Assembly (NCBI GenBank): GCA_963716605.1
Contig: CAVQTO010000002.1
Location: forward strand, 418,165 to 482,164
Length of the DNA stretch: 64,000 bases
Direction of reading: 5' to 3'
DNA from: an uncultured Actinomycetes bacterium
Lineage (GTDB): Bacteria; Actinomycetota; Thermoleophilia; Gaiellales; Gaiellaceae
This document shows positions 30,281 through 39,266 of the stretch, piece by piece. How positions within the stretch are numbered: position 1 is the first letter of the stretch; every line of letters begins with the position of its first letter. The notes below the pieces were generated by a model. That model saw only the letters and a list, made by a program, of their open reading frames with translations, searched no databases and was not told the origin of the DNA. A program made the position numbers and the translations under genes.

Positions 30281-30310
30281 TGGCGTTAACAGTGCCAGGC
30301 CCTGTAAAGA
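30281..30310. repeat. degenerate second copy of the 30147-30176 palindrome unit
   Basis: TGGCgTTAACAGTGCCAGGCcCTGTaAAGa versus TGGCcTTAACAGTGCCAGGCaCTGTtAAGg. Downstream GTCTCGCCTG is also repeated (about 30249 and about 30337), suggesting a diverged ~135-bp tandem duplication. Confidence 0.6.
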
Positions 30311-30355
30311 ACGACGCCCGATCCGGACGGGTCCATTGTCTCGCCTGGGCGCGGC

Positions 30356-30361
30356 TAGACT
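30356..30361 (+). promoter_or_regulatory. putative -10 box, leaderless fumC
   Basis: TAGACT, 6-nt spacer, GTG 30368. Confidence 0.5.
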
Positions 30362-30367
30362 CGCCGC

Positions 30368-31696
30368 GTGAGCGAGACGACCGAGGGCAGCGAGCTCTGG
30401 GGAGCCGAGACGCGTAAGGCCGTCGCGAACTTCCCCGTCTCCGGGGAGCCGATCCCGACCCCGGTCGCGCGCTGGCTCGGCAGGATCAAGGCCGCCGCCG
30501 CGCGCGTGAACGCCGAGCTCGGGCTTCTGGACGTCGAGGTCGCCGAGCGCATCGCCAGCGCGGCCGACCGGGTGGCCGAGGGCGAGCTCGACGACCAGTT
30601 CCCGATCGATGTCTTCCAGACGGGCTCCGGCACGAGCTCGAACATGAACGCGAACGAGGTCATCGCCGCTCTCGCCGGCGAGGGCGTGCACGCGAACGAC
30701 GACGTCAACATGGGCCAGTCCTCCAACGACGTCTTCCCGTCGGCAGTCCACCTCGCGGCGCTCGACGAGCTCGTGAACGACCTACGGCCCGCGCTCGACA
30801 TGCTCGCGGCCGCGCTCGAGCGCAAGGCCTCGGAGTTCGACGCCATCGTGAAGTCGGGCCGGACGCACATGATGGATGCCGTCCCCGTCACGCTCGGACA
30901 GGAGTTCGCGGGGTACGCGGCGCAGGTGCGCCAGGGGATCGCGCGGGTCGACGACGCGCTGCCGCGCCTCGGCCAGATCCCGCTCGGCGGCACCGCGACC
31001 GGCACCGGCCTCAACACGCACCCCGAGTTCGCAGCCCGTGTCCGTGCGCGCCTCGCCGAGGACACCGGCTTGACCATCTCGCCGCCCGCCGACCCGTTCG
31101 AGGCGCAGGCCGCGCGCGACGCCCTCGTCGAGGCCTCGGGAGCGCTCAAGGTCGTCGCCGTCTCGCTCACGAAGATCGCGAGCGACCTCCGGCTCATGGG
31201 CTCCGGCCCGCGCGCCGGCCTCGCCGAGCTCTACCTCCCCGAGCTGCAGAAGGGGAGCTCGATCATGCCCGGGAAGGTGAACCCGGTCATCCCGGAGGTC
31301 GTGACCCAGGTCGCGGCGCAGGTCATCGGGAACGACACCGCGATCACCGTCGGCGGCATGAGCGGCCAGTTCGAGCTCAACGTCTACGTGCCGCTGATGG
31401 CGCGGAACCTCCTCCAGTCGATCGCGCTGCTCGCGAGCACGAGCCGCCTGCTCGCCGAGAAGTGCGTCGACGGGATCGAGGCGAACCGCGAGCAGCTCGA
31501 GCGCTACGCGGAGCTGACCCTGTCCGCGGCGACCGCCCTGAATCCGCACATCGGGTACGACAAGGCGGCGGAGATCGTCGCCGAGGCGGCCGCCTCGGGC
31601 CGCCCCTTGAGGGACGTCGCGCGCGACGCCGGAGTCGACGACGCGATCCTCGACGAGGCGCTCGACTACCGCTCGATGGCCAGGCCGAACGAGTAG
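30368..31696 (+). CDS. fumC: class II fumarate hydratase / aspartase-family lyase
   Basis: Intact 442-aa ORF with TGSGTSSNMNANEV, SSNDVFPS and signature GSSIMPGKVNP. Fumarase versus aspartase cannot be separated by eye. Confidence 0.82.
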   Translation: MSETTEGSELWGAETRKAVANFPVSGEPIPTPVARWLGRIKAAAARVNAELGLLDVEVAERIASAADRVAEGELDDQFPIDVFQTGSGTSSNMNANEVIAALAGEGVHANDDVNMGQSSNDVFPSAVHLAALDELVNDLRPALDMLAAALERKASEFDAIVKSGRTHMMDAVPVTLGQEFAGYAAQVRQGIARVDDALPRLGQIPLGGTATGTGLNTHPEFAARVRARLAEDTGLTISPPADPFEAQAARDALVEASGALKVVAVSLTKIASDLRLMGSGPRAGLAELYLPELQKGSSIMPGKVNPVIPEVVTQVAAQVIGNDTAITVGGMSGQFELNVYVPLMARNLLQSIALLASTSRLLAEKCVDGIEANREQLERYAELTLSAATALNPHIGYDKAAEIVAEAAASGRPLRDVARDAGVDDAILDEALDYRSMARPNE

Positions 31697-31714
31697 GAAT
31701 CGGGATGACGGGCC

Positions 31715-31743
31715 GGAGGGGCCGTGCCGCATACGGCCCCTCC
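31715..31743 (+). terminator. hairpin after fumC
   Basis: GGAGGGGCCGT-gccgcat-ACGGCCCCTCC, 11-bp perfect stem 19 nt after the stop. Weak T tract. Confidence 0.55.
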
Positions 31744-32021
31744 TCCCGGCTCCCCCATCCCCAGCCGAGGAAGCCTCCTGAGCTTCAGCCCAGGGCTTCC
31801 GGTTCAGCTCCTCCGACGCCTCGTCGGCCTGTCCCACCCCTCCGCGCGGCCTCGCGACTCCGGCACGACGCCGTCCCCCGATCAGAGGGCGAGATGCGTG
31901 CGCGATGTCGGCGCGAGGGGACCCGAAGCAGGTGAGCCCACACAAGACACTCCCTTGTCCCCTCGTAGCTAGCCCTAACTCTTCCAGGACCACCCGGTTC
32001 TGCACAAGTCCATGCGGACCG

Positions 32022-32999
32022 CTATGAGCCGGTGCGAACGAGCACGAGCTTGTCCGTACCCGACTCGGCACCCCAGATCTCGCCCCTCCGCCCGAGGATC
32101 TGACGCACCTCCGCGCCTGCGCTCGGGAGCGGAACACGCGTGAAGCGCTGGGTGGCCGGGTCGAAGCGGACGAGGGCGTTTGCGCCGAAGTCGGTGAGCC
32201 AGACCTTGTCGCGCTCGTCGACGTAGACGGCGTAGATCATCGGGTTCGAGCCGGGAACCCGCCACTCGCGCCAGCGCTTGCGCCGCGGGTCGTACATGCC
32301 GACCTGGCCCGCGTTCCACTCGCTGATCCAGATGCGGCCGCGTGAGTCCGACCACGCGCGCCGTGCGCCCTGGCCCGCGGTCGGCGGGCGGAGCACGCCC
32401 GCTCGGCCCGTGCGGACGTTGATCTTGCCGAGGTAGCTCCCGGCGAGCGACGCGTAGTAGACGTCGCCGCCCGGCGTCGTCGTGATCCCGTACGGCCCCT
32501 CGCCACGCGGCGCCCGGAACACCCTCACCTTCCCGACCTTCGGGTCGAGCCGGCCGTAGATCCCCTCCTGGCCGGTGAACCAGAGGATCCCGCGCCGGTC
32601 GAAGGTCGCAGTGTTGAGGTTCGCGTTGCCCGTGCCGGCGGGAAGCGGGAAGCGCCGCACGCGCTGCGTTCGCGGGTCGACGCGCACGATTGCGTTCAGG
32701 CCGCCGTCGGTAATCCAGGGAGCGCCGTCGGGGCCGACGATGACGCCGTGCGGCGCCGAGCCGCTGCCGAGCGCGGTGAGCCGCGATCTGCCGGTCTTCG
32801 GATCGAGCCAGCCGAGCTGGCCCGTGTGCTGCGCCGTGTACCAGACCCCGCCGTCCCGCGCGGGCGCGACGTCGTGCGGGTGCGTGCCGCTAGGAACACG
32901 GAACTCGCGTACGCGCAGCTGGCTCTCGACCGCGCTCGCGGCACCGGCCGAGCCGGCCACGATCAGCGCACCGAGGATCGCAACGGCTCGCACGAGCAT
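32022..32999 (-). CDS. secreted six-bladed beta-propeller protein of the Vgb (streptogramin lyase)-like family
   Basis: ORF 32022..33020. ATG 32999 gives the signal peptide MLVRAVAILGALIVAGSAGAASA. Repeated blades contain PHGV..GPDG..W.T, GPYGITTTPGGDVYY, G.IWISE and KVWLTDFG. Confidence 0.65.
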   Translation of the reverse strand: MLVRAVAILGALIVAGSAGAASAVESQLRVREFRVPSGTHPHDVAPARDGGVWYTAQHTGQLGWLDPKTGRSRLTALGSGSAPHGVIVGPDGAPWITDGGLNAIVRVDPRTQRVRRFPLPAGTGNANLNTATFDRRGILWFTGQEGIYGRLDPKVGKVRVFRAPRGEGPYGITTTPGGDVYYASLAGSYLGKINVRTGRAGVLRPPTAGQGARRAWSDSRGRIWISEWNAGQVGMYDPRRKRWREWRVPGSNPMIYAVYVDERDKVWLTDFGANALVRFDPATQRFTRVPLPSAGAEVRQILGRRGEIWGAESGTDKLVLVRTGS

Positions 33000-33005
33000 C
33001 CTCGT

Positions 33006-33011
33006 ACGGTA
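33006..33011 (-). promoter_or_regulatory. putative -10 box, leaderless Vgb-like gene
   Basis: TACCGT, 6-nt spacer, ATG 32999. Confidence 0.45.
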
Positions 33012-33139
33012 CGTGAGCAATTCGTCAGGATTCCGAACCCCGCGTTTACACGAACCTCATGCGCGGGCAGATACGGTGCACGACTGCTCTTGTGCCGCCG
33101 ACCGTGCGTGACGCGGCCGGCACGAACACAGGGAGGTTC

Positions 33140-34300
33140 ATGAGACGCTTCTTACAGCTTGCCGTGATTCTGGGTGCCCTCGCAGCGCTCGCAGCGCCTG
33201 CCGCGATGGCGGCAGACCGGATGTGGATCGGCTTCCACGACGACCCGAGCTTCCGCTGGGCGAATGATCGCTCCGAGCGAATCCAGGCGTCCGCACGCGT
33301 CGGCTCCAGTGTCATGCGGTTGCTGGTCCACTGGAACCAGGTCGCTCCGGATCGTCCCGCGCGTCCGACCGACCCGTTCGACCCGGCGTACTACTTCGGC
33401 GAAATCGACGAGGCCGTCCGCACCGCTCGCGAGGCGAACCTCGAGGTCCTGATCACGCTCTACGGGACGCCGGGCTGGGCGAACGGCCGTCGCGGGCCGA
33501 GCTTCATGCCGACTCGCGTCCTCGACTTCAAGCGGTTCGCGACGGCGATCGCGTCGCGGTACTCGGGCCGTCACGCGGAGTATCCGGTCGTTCGTTTCTG
33601 GTCGGTCTGGAACGAGCCGAACCTCGAGCGTTTCCTCAAGCCGCAGTTCGACAAGCGTGGCAAGGCGCTCGCCCCGCGGAACTACGCGGCGCTCTACGCG
33701 GCCGCCTACGACGGCATCAAGCGCGGCAACCCCAAGGCGAAGGTGGCGATCGGCGAGACGTCGCCCCGGGGCTCGGACAATCCGACGGGCAAGCGCCGGA
33801 TCCACTCGCCCGGCAGGTTCGCGGAGGCTGTCGCGAAGGCGAATCCCCGCCTGAAGTTCGACGCTTGGGCACACCACCCGTACCCGGCAAATCCCAACCT
33901 CCGGCCGGGGCACAAGGTTCGCTGGCCGAACGTGTCGCTCTCCTCGCTGCCGGAGTTCCAGAAGCAGCTGCGCAAGTGGTTCAAGCGCAGCAGGATCGAC
34001 ATCTGGATTACCGAGTACGCGCACCAGACGAGGCCGCAGGACCGGTTCGGCGTCTCGTACAGCAAGCAGGCCGCGTACATCCGGGAGGCGATCTCGATCG
34101 CCCGGAAGCAGCGGTTCACGAAGATGTTCGTCTGGTTCGTCTTCCGCGACGATCCGGGGCAGCAGTGGGAGTCGGGCATCTACACGCGTGCGGGTGGCGC
34201 GAAGGGCAGTGCGCCGACCGCATTCACGCGCGCGGCGCGCGGGCTCCGTCCCGCTGACCTGGCAAGACGCGGATCCGCGCGAGGATCCGGCCGCCTTTAG
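33140..34300 (+). CDS. secreted TIM-barrel glycoside-hydrolase-like protein (GH5/clan GH-A-like)
   Basis: Frame of ORF 33059..34300. GGGAGG then ATG 33140. Signal peptide MRRFLQLAVILGALAALAAPAAMA. Acid/base-like WNEPN and nucleophile-like WITEYA motifs. The C-terminal ~25 residues look frameshifted or low-complexity. Confidence 0.5.
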   Translation: MRRFLQLAVILGALAALAAPAAMAADRMWIGFHDDPSFRWANDRSERIQASARVGSSVMRLLVHWNQVAPDRPARPTDPFDPAYYFGEIDEAVRTAREANLEVLITLYGTPGWANGRRGPSFMPTRVLDFKRFATAIASRYSGRHAEYPVVRFWSVWNEPNLERFLKPQFDKRGKALAPRNYAALYAAAYDGIKRGNPKAKVAIGETSPRGSDNPTGKRRIHSPGRFAEAVAKANPRLKFDAWAHHPYPANPNLRPGHKVRWPNVSLSSLPEFQKQLRKWFKRSRIDIWITEYAHQTRPQDRFGVSYSKQAAYIREAISIARKQRFTKMFVWFVFRDDPGQQWESGIYTRAGGAKGSAPTAFTRAARGLRPADLARRGSARGSGRL

Positions 34301-34320
34301 GCAATTGCTCTACCGCGCGA

Positions 34321-34347
34321 CCGGGATCCCCACTCGGGGATCACCGG
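34321..34347. terminator. hairpin between convergent GH-like gene and lipA
   Basis: CCGGGATCCCC-actc-GGGGATCaCCGG, 11 bp with one bulge. Confidence 0.4.
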
Positions 34348-34365
34348 TCTTGCGCACAACTCAGC

Positions 34366-35286
34366 TCAGTAGGCGACGGCGCCACGCCCGGTCTCCGCGG
34401 CGTGGCGCTGCTCGTCCGCGCGGTAGGACGAGCGGACGAGCGGCCCGGAGAAGACCGACCCGAACCCGAGCGCCTCGCCCTGCTCGCGGAACCAGCGGAA
34501 CTCGTCCGGGTGCACCCAGCGGTCGATCTTCGCGTGTTTCGGCGACGGCTGGAGGTACTGGCCGATGGTGACGACGTCGACGCCGTGGGCCCGGAGGTCG
34601 CGCATCGTGTCGATCACCTCGTCGTTGGTCTCGCCGAGCCCGACGATGATCCCGGACTTCGTCATGACGCGGTAGTCCGCGACCTCTTTCACGCGCTGCA
34701 ACAGCCACAGCGCCTTGTCGTAGCTCGCCTTCGCGCCGCGCATGCGCGCATGGAGCCTGCGGACGGTCTCGATGTTGTGGCCGAAGACGTCCGGCCGCGC
34801 GTCGAGCACGGTCACGAGCGCCTCCTCCTCGACGCCGAGGAAGTCGGGCGTGAGGATCTCGACCGTTGCGCCTGGCAGCTTCCTCTGGAGCGCGCGAATC
34901 GTCGCCGCATAGTGGCCGGCCCCGCGATCCGGGACGTCGTCGCGGTCGACCGACGTGACGACGACGTGCGAGAGCCCCATCTGCGCCGCCGCCTGCGCAA
35001 GCCGGAGCGGCTCGAGCGGGTCCGGCGCGGTCTCGGGCTTCCCGGAGTGCACGTAGCAGTACCGGCACGCACGCGTGCAGATGTCGCCGAGGATCTGGAA
35101 CGTCGCCGTGCCGCGTCCCCAGCACTCGCCGATGTTCGGGCAGCGCGCTTCCTCGCAGATCGTGACGAGCTGCCCCTCGCGCATGAGGCTCTTCACCTCG
35201 TGATAGCGCGAGTGGACGCTCGGCGCGCGCACCTTCATCCATTCGGGGCGGCGTGGCCGCTCGGCCACTGGCAACGAACGCTGCAT
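34366..35286 (-). CDS. lipA: lipoyl synthase
   Basis: ORF 34366..35385. The likely start is ATG 35286 (MQRSLPVAERPRRPEWMKV). Radical-SAM CxxxCxxC (CTRACRYC) plus N-terminal CEEARCPNIGEC cluster motif. Confidence 0.9.
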   Translation of the reverse strand: MQRSLPVAERPRRPEWMKVRAPSVHSRYHEVKSLMREGQLVTICEEARCPNIGECWGRGTATFQILGDICTRACRYCYVHSGKPETAPDPLEPLRLAQAAAQMGLSHVVVTSVDRDDVPDRGAGHYAATIRALQRKLPGATVEILTPDFLGVEEEALVTVLDARPDVFGHNIETVRRLHARMRGAKASYDKALWLLQRVKEVADYRVMTKSGIIVGLGETNDEVIDTMRDLRAHGVDVVTIGQYLQPSPKHAKIDRWVHPDEFRWFREQGEALGFGSVFSGPLVRSSYRADEQRHAAETGRGAVAY

Positions 35287-35295
35287 CGCGCGGAT

Positions 35296-35302
35296 TAGTC
35301 TA
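35296..35302. promoter_or_regulatory. back-to-back overlapping -10 boxes of divergent lipA and cupin genes
   Basis: Plus TAGTCT 35296-35301, 7-nt spacer, GTG 35309. Minus TAGACT 35302-35297, 10-nt spacer, ATG 35286. Confidence 0.5.
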
Positions 35303-35308
35303 GAGACC

Positions 35309-35845
35309 GTGGTTCCGGAAGCCCCTCTCGAGAAGAACGATGCCGGTGGGCTGTACCCGGCCGGCGAGGGCTGGTTCGTCGTCAACGCGCGCGAGATGCA
35401 GTGGTTCGACTCGACGCCGCTCGGCTTCTATGCGCCGTTCGAGGGGGAGAACGCGAGGTTCCAGCAGTTCGGGTTCAACCTCGGCATTGTGCGGCCCGGC
35501 GAGGCCGGCGGCATGTACCACAGCGAGGACGCGCAGGAGGGATTCCTCGTGCTCTCCGGCGAGTGCCTGCTGATCGTCGAAGGCCAGGAGCGCACGCTCC
35601 GCCAGTGGGACTTCTTCCACTGCCCGCCGTGGACGGCGCACGGCTTCGTCGGCGCCGGCGCCGAGCCCTGCGTCGTGCTCGCGGTCGGAGCCCGGCGCAA
35701 GGGCCGCGGCATCGTCTACCCGGTGGACGAGGTCGCGGTGAAGCACGACGCAGGCGTCTCGGAGGAGACGACCCAGCCGTCCGAGGCGTATGCCCGCTTC
35801 CCGGACCCCAAGGCGATCGCGTGCCCGCCGGAGTTCTCCGGATGA
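35309..35845 (+). CDS. cupin-domain protein
   Basis: 178-aa ORF with the cupin core GGMYHSEDAQEGFLVLSGECLLIVEGQERTLRQWDFFHCPPWTAHGF. Confidence 0.7.
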   Translation: MVPEAPLEKNDAGGLYPAGEGWFVVNAREMQWFDSTPLGFYAPFEGENARFQQFGFNLGIVRPGEAGGMYHSEDAQEGFLVLSGECLLIVEGQERTLRQWDFFHCPPWTAHGFVGAGAEPCVVLAVGARRKGRGIVYPVDEVAVKHDAGVSEETTQPSEAYARFPDPKAIACPPEFSG

Positions 35846-36069
35846 GCGAGGCGCTCGAAGCCACGGCGCGGTTGTACGACGAGGCGGCGGTCGAGTTGGA
35901 GGAAGCCGTCGCGTATTGCCGGGTCGCGGCTCAGCACTTCCGCGACAACCTCGTCCCGCGCGGCACGGCCCATGCGTGCGCGGCGCGTGGGCACCTCCTG
36001 AACGCGGAGCAGCTGCTCGACGAGCAGGCGCGGGAGCACGCGTCGCGCTCGGTCCCGCAAGCCGACTAG
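35842..36069 (+). CDS. hypothetical 75-aa helical protein
   Basis: ATG 35842 overlaps the cupin stop (ATGA). MSEALEATARLYDEAAVELEEAVAYCRVAAQHFRDNLVPRGTAHACAARGHLLNAEQLLDEQAREHASRSVPQAD. Confidence 0.4.
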   Translation: MSEALEATARLYDEAAVELEEAVAYCRVAAQHFRDNLVPRGTAHACAARGHLLNAEQLLDEQAREHASRSVPQAD

Positions 36070-36791
36070 GGGGTTGCCAGCGAGGCGTGGATGGGCTGCG
36101 GCCAGAGGCCCGTGGCGTCCTCTGCCGGTAGCTCCTCGAGCTCGAGCTCGAACACCTCCGCGATCGCGGCGATCGCAGAGGGCCGGACCTCCTCGACCGA
36201 CATTGGCCGTGACAGCTCCCGCGCCATCGTCGTGAACGCGGCGTCCTCGAGCCCGCAGGCCGTGATCCACTCCGTGAACGGCGCCGGATCGAGGTCGACG
36301 TTCAGCGCGTACCCGTGCGTCGTCACCCAGCGCGAGACGTGCACGCCGATCGACGCGATCTTGCGCGGCCCCTGGCCGCTCGCCGGCGGCATCCAGACCC
36401 CGGTCAGGCCCTCGTACCTGGTGGCCTCGAGGTCGAATGCGGCGAGCGTGCGGATCAGGGACTCCTCGAGGTCGCGCACGTAGCGCTTCACGTCCTTCCC
36501 ATGCTTGTGAAGATCGAGGATCGGGTAGCAGACGAGCTGGCCGGGGCCGTGGAACGTGGACTTGCCGCCGCGGTCGGTCTCCGCGATCTCGACCTCGGCG
36601 CCCTCGGGGACGTGCAGCTCGCGATCGGTCTCGGTGCGCCGCCCGACGGTGATCACGGGCGGGTGCTCGAGGAAGATCACGGTCTCGGGGATCGCGCCCT
36701 GCGAGACCGCGCCCGCGAGCGAGCGTTGCAGCGCGAACGCCTCGGCGTACGGCACGAGGCCGAGGCTCAGCAGGTAGGCGCCGCGACTCAC
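36066..36791 (-). CDS. lipB: octanoyltransferase (lipoyl(octanoyl) transferase)
   Basis: Intact 241-aa ORF: VIFLEHPPVITVGRR...RGGKSTFHGPGQLVCYPIL...KIASIGV. Confidence 0.9.
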   Translation of the reverse strand: MSRGAYLLSLGLVPYAEAFALQRSLAGAVSQGAIPETVIFLEHPPVITVGRRTETDRELHVPEGAEVEIAETDRGGKSTFHGPGQLVCYPILDLHKHGKDVKRYVRDLEESLIRTLAAFDLEATRYEGLTGVWMPPASGQGPRKIASIGVHVSRWVTTHGYALNVDLDPAPFTEWITACGLEDAAFTTMARELSRPMSVEEVRPSAIAAIAEVFELELEELPAEDATGLWPQPIHASLATP

Positions 36792-36800
36792 GCCGGCACG

Positions 36801-37019
36801 TTACTGGCGCTCGATGAGCTCGCGCGCGGTGTCGAGGTCGGTCGCCCGGACGAGGATCTCCCGCGCGCCGCCCGCTGCCCAGCCGTCGAGTGCGCCGGCG
36901 GCGGAGTCGGTCGGTCGCTGCATCGAGTCGATCCCTTCGGTCGCGAGCAGGCCGCGGAGCAGCTCGGCCTCCGGCTCGCTGCCGACGATGGTCAGCCGCA
37001 CGAGCTCGTCGCCGGTCAT
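36801..37019 (-). CDS. DUF2007-like small protein
   Basis: ATG 37019 overlaps the upstream stop (ATGA). MTGDELVRLTIVGSEPEAELLRGLLATEGIDSMQR...EILVRATDLDTARELIERQ. Confidence 0.5.
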   Translation of the reverse strand: MTGDELVRLTIVGSEPEAELLRGLLATEGIDSMQRPTDSAAGALDGWAAGGAREILVRATDLDTARELIERQ

Positions 37020-37432
37020 GACTGCTGGAACATCCAGCGGTGGCCTTCGAGGTCCTCGGCGGTGTAGAGCCGGCCGTCGGGGCCCTCCTCGACCGGCCGG
37101 ATCACGTTCGCGCCCGCGTCGACCGCGTGTGCGTGATGCCTGTCGAGGTCGTCGACGAGGACGAGGAGGCCGTCGATCACCCACGGGTTGTCGAGCCAGC
37201 GGCGAGCGGCTTCGCACTCCTGCCGGTGCCGAGCGGGGCTCTGGTACTCGCGGCTCGGCGTCGCGAGCATGACCACCTGGTCGTCTCCGACCTCGAGCTC
37301 CGCGTGGCCGATCGTCCCGTCGTCCATGACGTAGCGCTCGCCGCGCTCGCTGAACCCGAACGCCTCCGCCAGCCAGTCGAGCGCGGCCGCGGTGTCCTCG
37401 TACGCGATCATCGGGTAGATCCGCTGCGTCAC
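37016..37432 (-). CDS. VOC/glyoxalase-bleomycin-resistance family protein
   Basis: 138-aa ORF: MIAYEDTAAALDWLAEAFGF...HAELEVGDDQVVML...DLEGHRWMF. Confidence 0.75.
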   Translation of the reverse strand: MTQRIYPMIAYEDTAAALDWLAEAFGFSERGERYVMDDGTIGHAELEVGDDQVVMLATPSREYQSPARHRQECEAARRWLDNPWVIDGLLVLVDDLDRHHAHAVDAGANVIRPVEEGPDGRLYTAEDLEGHRWMFQQS

Positions 37433-37836
37433 GGCGCCCTCCCTTCGTAGTGCTCGGTGCCGTCATCCGGCAGTGTCTCCCATGGCGCGAGCGAGCGCAC
37501 GAACGTGTGCGCCTCGAGCGGGCCCTCGAACGGCTCATCGAGCGCGGACAGGCGGACGCTCGTGAACTCGGTGTCCGGCCAGCCTCCGCCGAAGAGGTTC
37601 GTCCCGCAGCGGGCACAGAAGCTCTTCGCGCTCCCTTCGGCCGGCTGATACGTCGTGATCAGATCGCGGCCCTGGAGGATGCGGACGTCCTCGGTACGCG
37701 CGCGCCCACTTGCCGTGCCGCCGCCTCCCGAGATCTTCTTGCAGGTCGCGCAGTGGCACGCGCTGACGAGGAGAAACGGCACCTCGACCGCGATCCGGAC
37801 GCCTCCGCACTGGCAGGTGCCCTTCAGCTCGCTCAT
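37429..37836 (-). CDS. GFA (glutathione-dependent formaldehyde-activating / CENP-V) family protein
   Basis: 135-aa ORF with zinc cysteines CQCGGV...CHCATC...FCARCGTNLF. Confidence 0.78.
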   Translation of the reverse strand: MSELKGTCQCGGVRIAVEVPFLLVSACHCATCKKISGGGGTASGRARTEDVRILQGRDLITTYQPAEGSAKSFCARCGTNLFGGGWPDTEFTSVRLSALDEPFEGPLEAHTFVRSLAPWETLPDDGTEHYEGRAP

Positions 37837-37840
37837 CGGC

Positions 37841-39266
37841 TCAATATGCCGCTTCGTCCCAGCTCTCGAGCCGGGCTCTGAGGTCGCGGAGGTACATCCC
37901 CGCGTACGCGCCGTCGACGAGGCGATGGTCGTACGTCAACGTCAAGATTCATCAGCGGGCGGATCCCGATGACGTCGTTGCCGAGCTCGTCCTGGATGAC
38001 CCACGGCCGCTTCACGAGCGCGTACGTACCGAGGATCGCCGACTGCGGCTGGTTGATGATCGGCGTCCCGTGGAAGGTGCCGAAGCTGCCGGGGTTCGTG
38101 ATCGTGAAGGTGCCGCCCTGGACGTCGTCCGGGAGGAGCTTCTTCGTGCGCGCGCGCTCGGCGATGTCCTGGATCGAGCGCGCCATGCCCTGGAGGTTCA
38201 GGTCCTGCGCGTTTCGGATGACCGGGACGATGAGGCCCTTGCCCTCCTCCAGCGCGACCGCGATGCCGAGGTTGATCTGCGGGCGAGTGACGATGCTCTG
38301 CCCGCGGATCTCCCCGTTGATCCACGGGTACTCGGCGAGCGTGTCGACGGACGCTCGAGCGATGAACGCGAGATAGGTGAGGTTGACGCCCTGCTTCGCG
38401 AGCTCGGGCTTCAGCTTCTGACGGAGCGCGACGACACGTGCGAAGTCGACCTCGATCGCGCTCGTGACGTGCGCGGCCGTGTCGACCGAGCGGCGCATGT
38501 GCTCCATGACGCCGCGGCGCATCGCGGTCATCGGCTCGAGCTGCTCGCCCGGCGCGAGCTCCGGTTCGGTCGCTGGAGCCGCGGCTGTCGGTGAAGGAGC
38601 GGACGGCGGGACTGCGCGGGCAGGAGCTGCGGCCGGTGCAGGGGCGGGCTCCGGGGGAGCCTCTGCGGGTGCGGCCGGGGGTGCCTCTTCAGGTGCGGGT
38701 GCGGGAGCAGCGGCTGCGGGCTGTGCGCCGGACTCGATGAACGCGAGGATGTCCTTCTTCGTCACGCGCCCGCCGGCGCCGGTGCCCGGAACGGCGGACG
38801 GGTCAACGCCGTGCTCGGAGGCGATGCGCGCGACGACCGGCGACACGAAGGTCTTCCCGTTGCCGGCCGCGGTCTCGGCGGTCGGTGCGGGAGGAGCGGC
38901 AGCGGGCTGGGCCGGCGCGGGCTCCGGCGCCGCGTCGGGCTCGGGTGCTGCAGCGGGAGCCGCCTCGGGCGTGGTGACCGGAGGCTCCTGGGTCGGCGCC
39001 TCGGCCGGGGCCGAGCCGGCGGGGCCGATCGTCGCGAGCACGGTGCCCACGTCGACGGTCTCCCCCTCCGGCACGAGAATCTGCGTTACCACGCCCTCGC
39101 CGGGGCTCGGAACCTCGGTGTCGACCTTGTCCGTGGAGATCTCGAGCAGCGGCTCGTCCCGGGCGACCTGGTCGCCGGGCTGCTTGAGCCACTTCGTGAT
39201 CGTGCCCTCGGAGACGGACACGCCCATCTGCGGCATCACGACCTCGGTCTGGGTTCCTGTGGACAC
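37841..39266 (-). pseudogene. 2-oxoacid dehydrogenase E2 dihydrolipoamide acyltransferase, one 3'-proximal frameshift as assembled
   Basis: The frame of ORF 37833..40127 has a lipoyl domain (LLEISTDKVDTEVPSP), Ala/Pro linkers, a PSBD (FVSPVVARIASEHGVDPSAVPGTGAGGRVTKKDI) and a catalytic domain. After IRPLMNL the conserved TLTYDHRLVDGAYAGMYLRDLRARLESWDEAAY continues in another frame to TGA 37841. Start is GTG 39266 after GAGGAGG, or ATG 39236. Confidence 0.85.

Noticed and set aside
30152-30751. 199-aa minus-strand ORF and 61-aa plus-strand ORF covering the fumC upstream spacer
   Set aside because: The 199-aa ORF is mostly antisense to fumC. The parts in the spacer are read-through of the palindromic repeats, with no start context.
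31744-32021. 278-nt gene-free stretch between fumC and the Vgb-like gene as a possible ncRNA or riboswitch
   Set aside because: I could not see any conserved-looking structure or known motif beyond the fumC terminator, and there is no supporting repeat or promoter signal.
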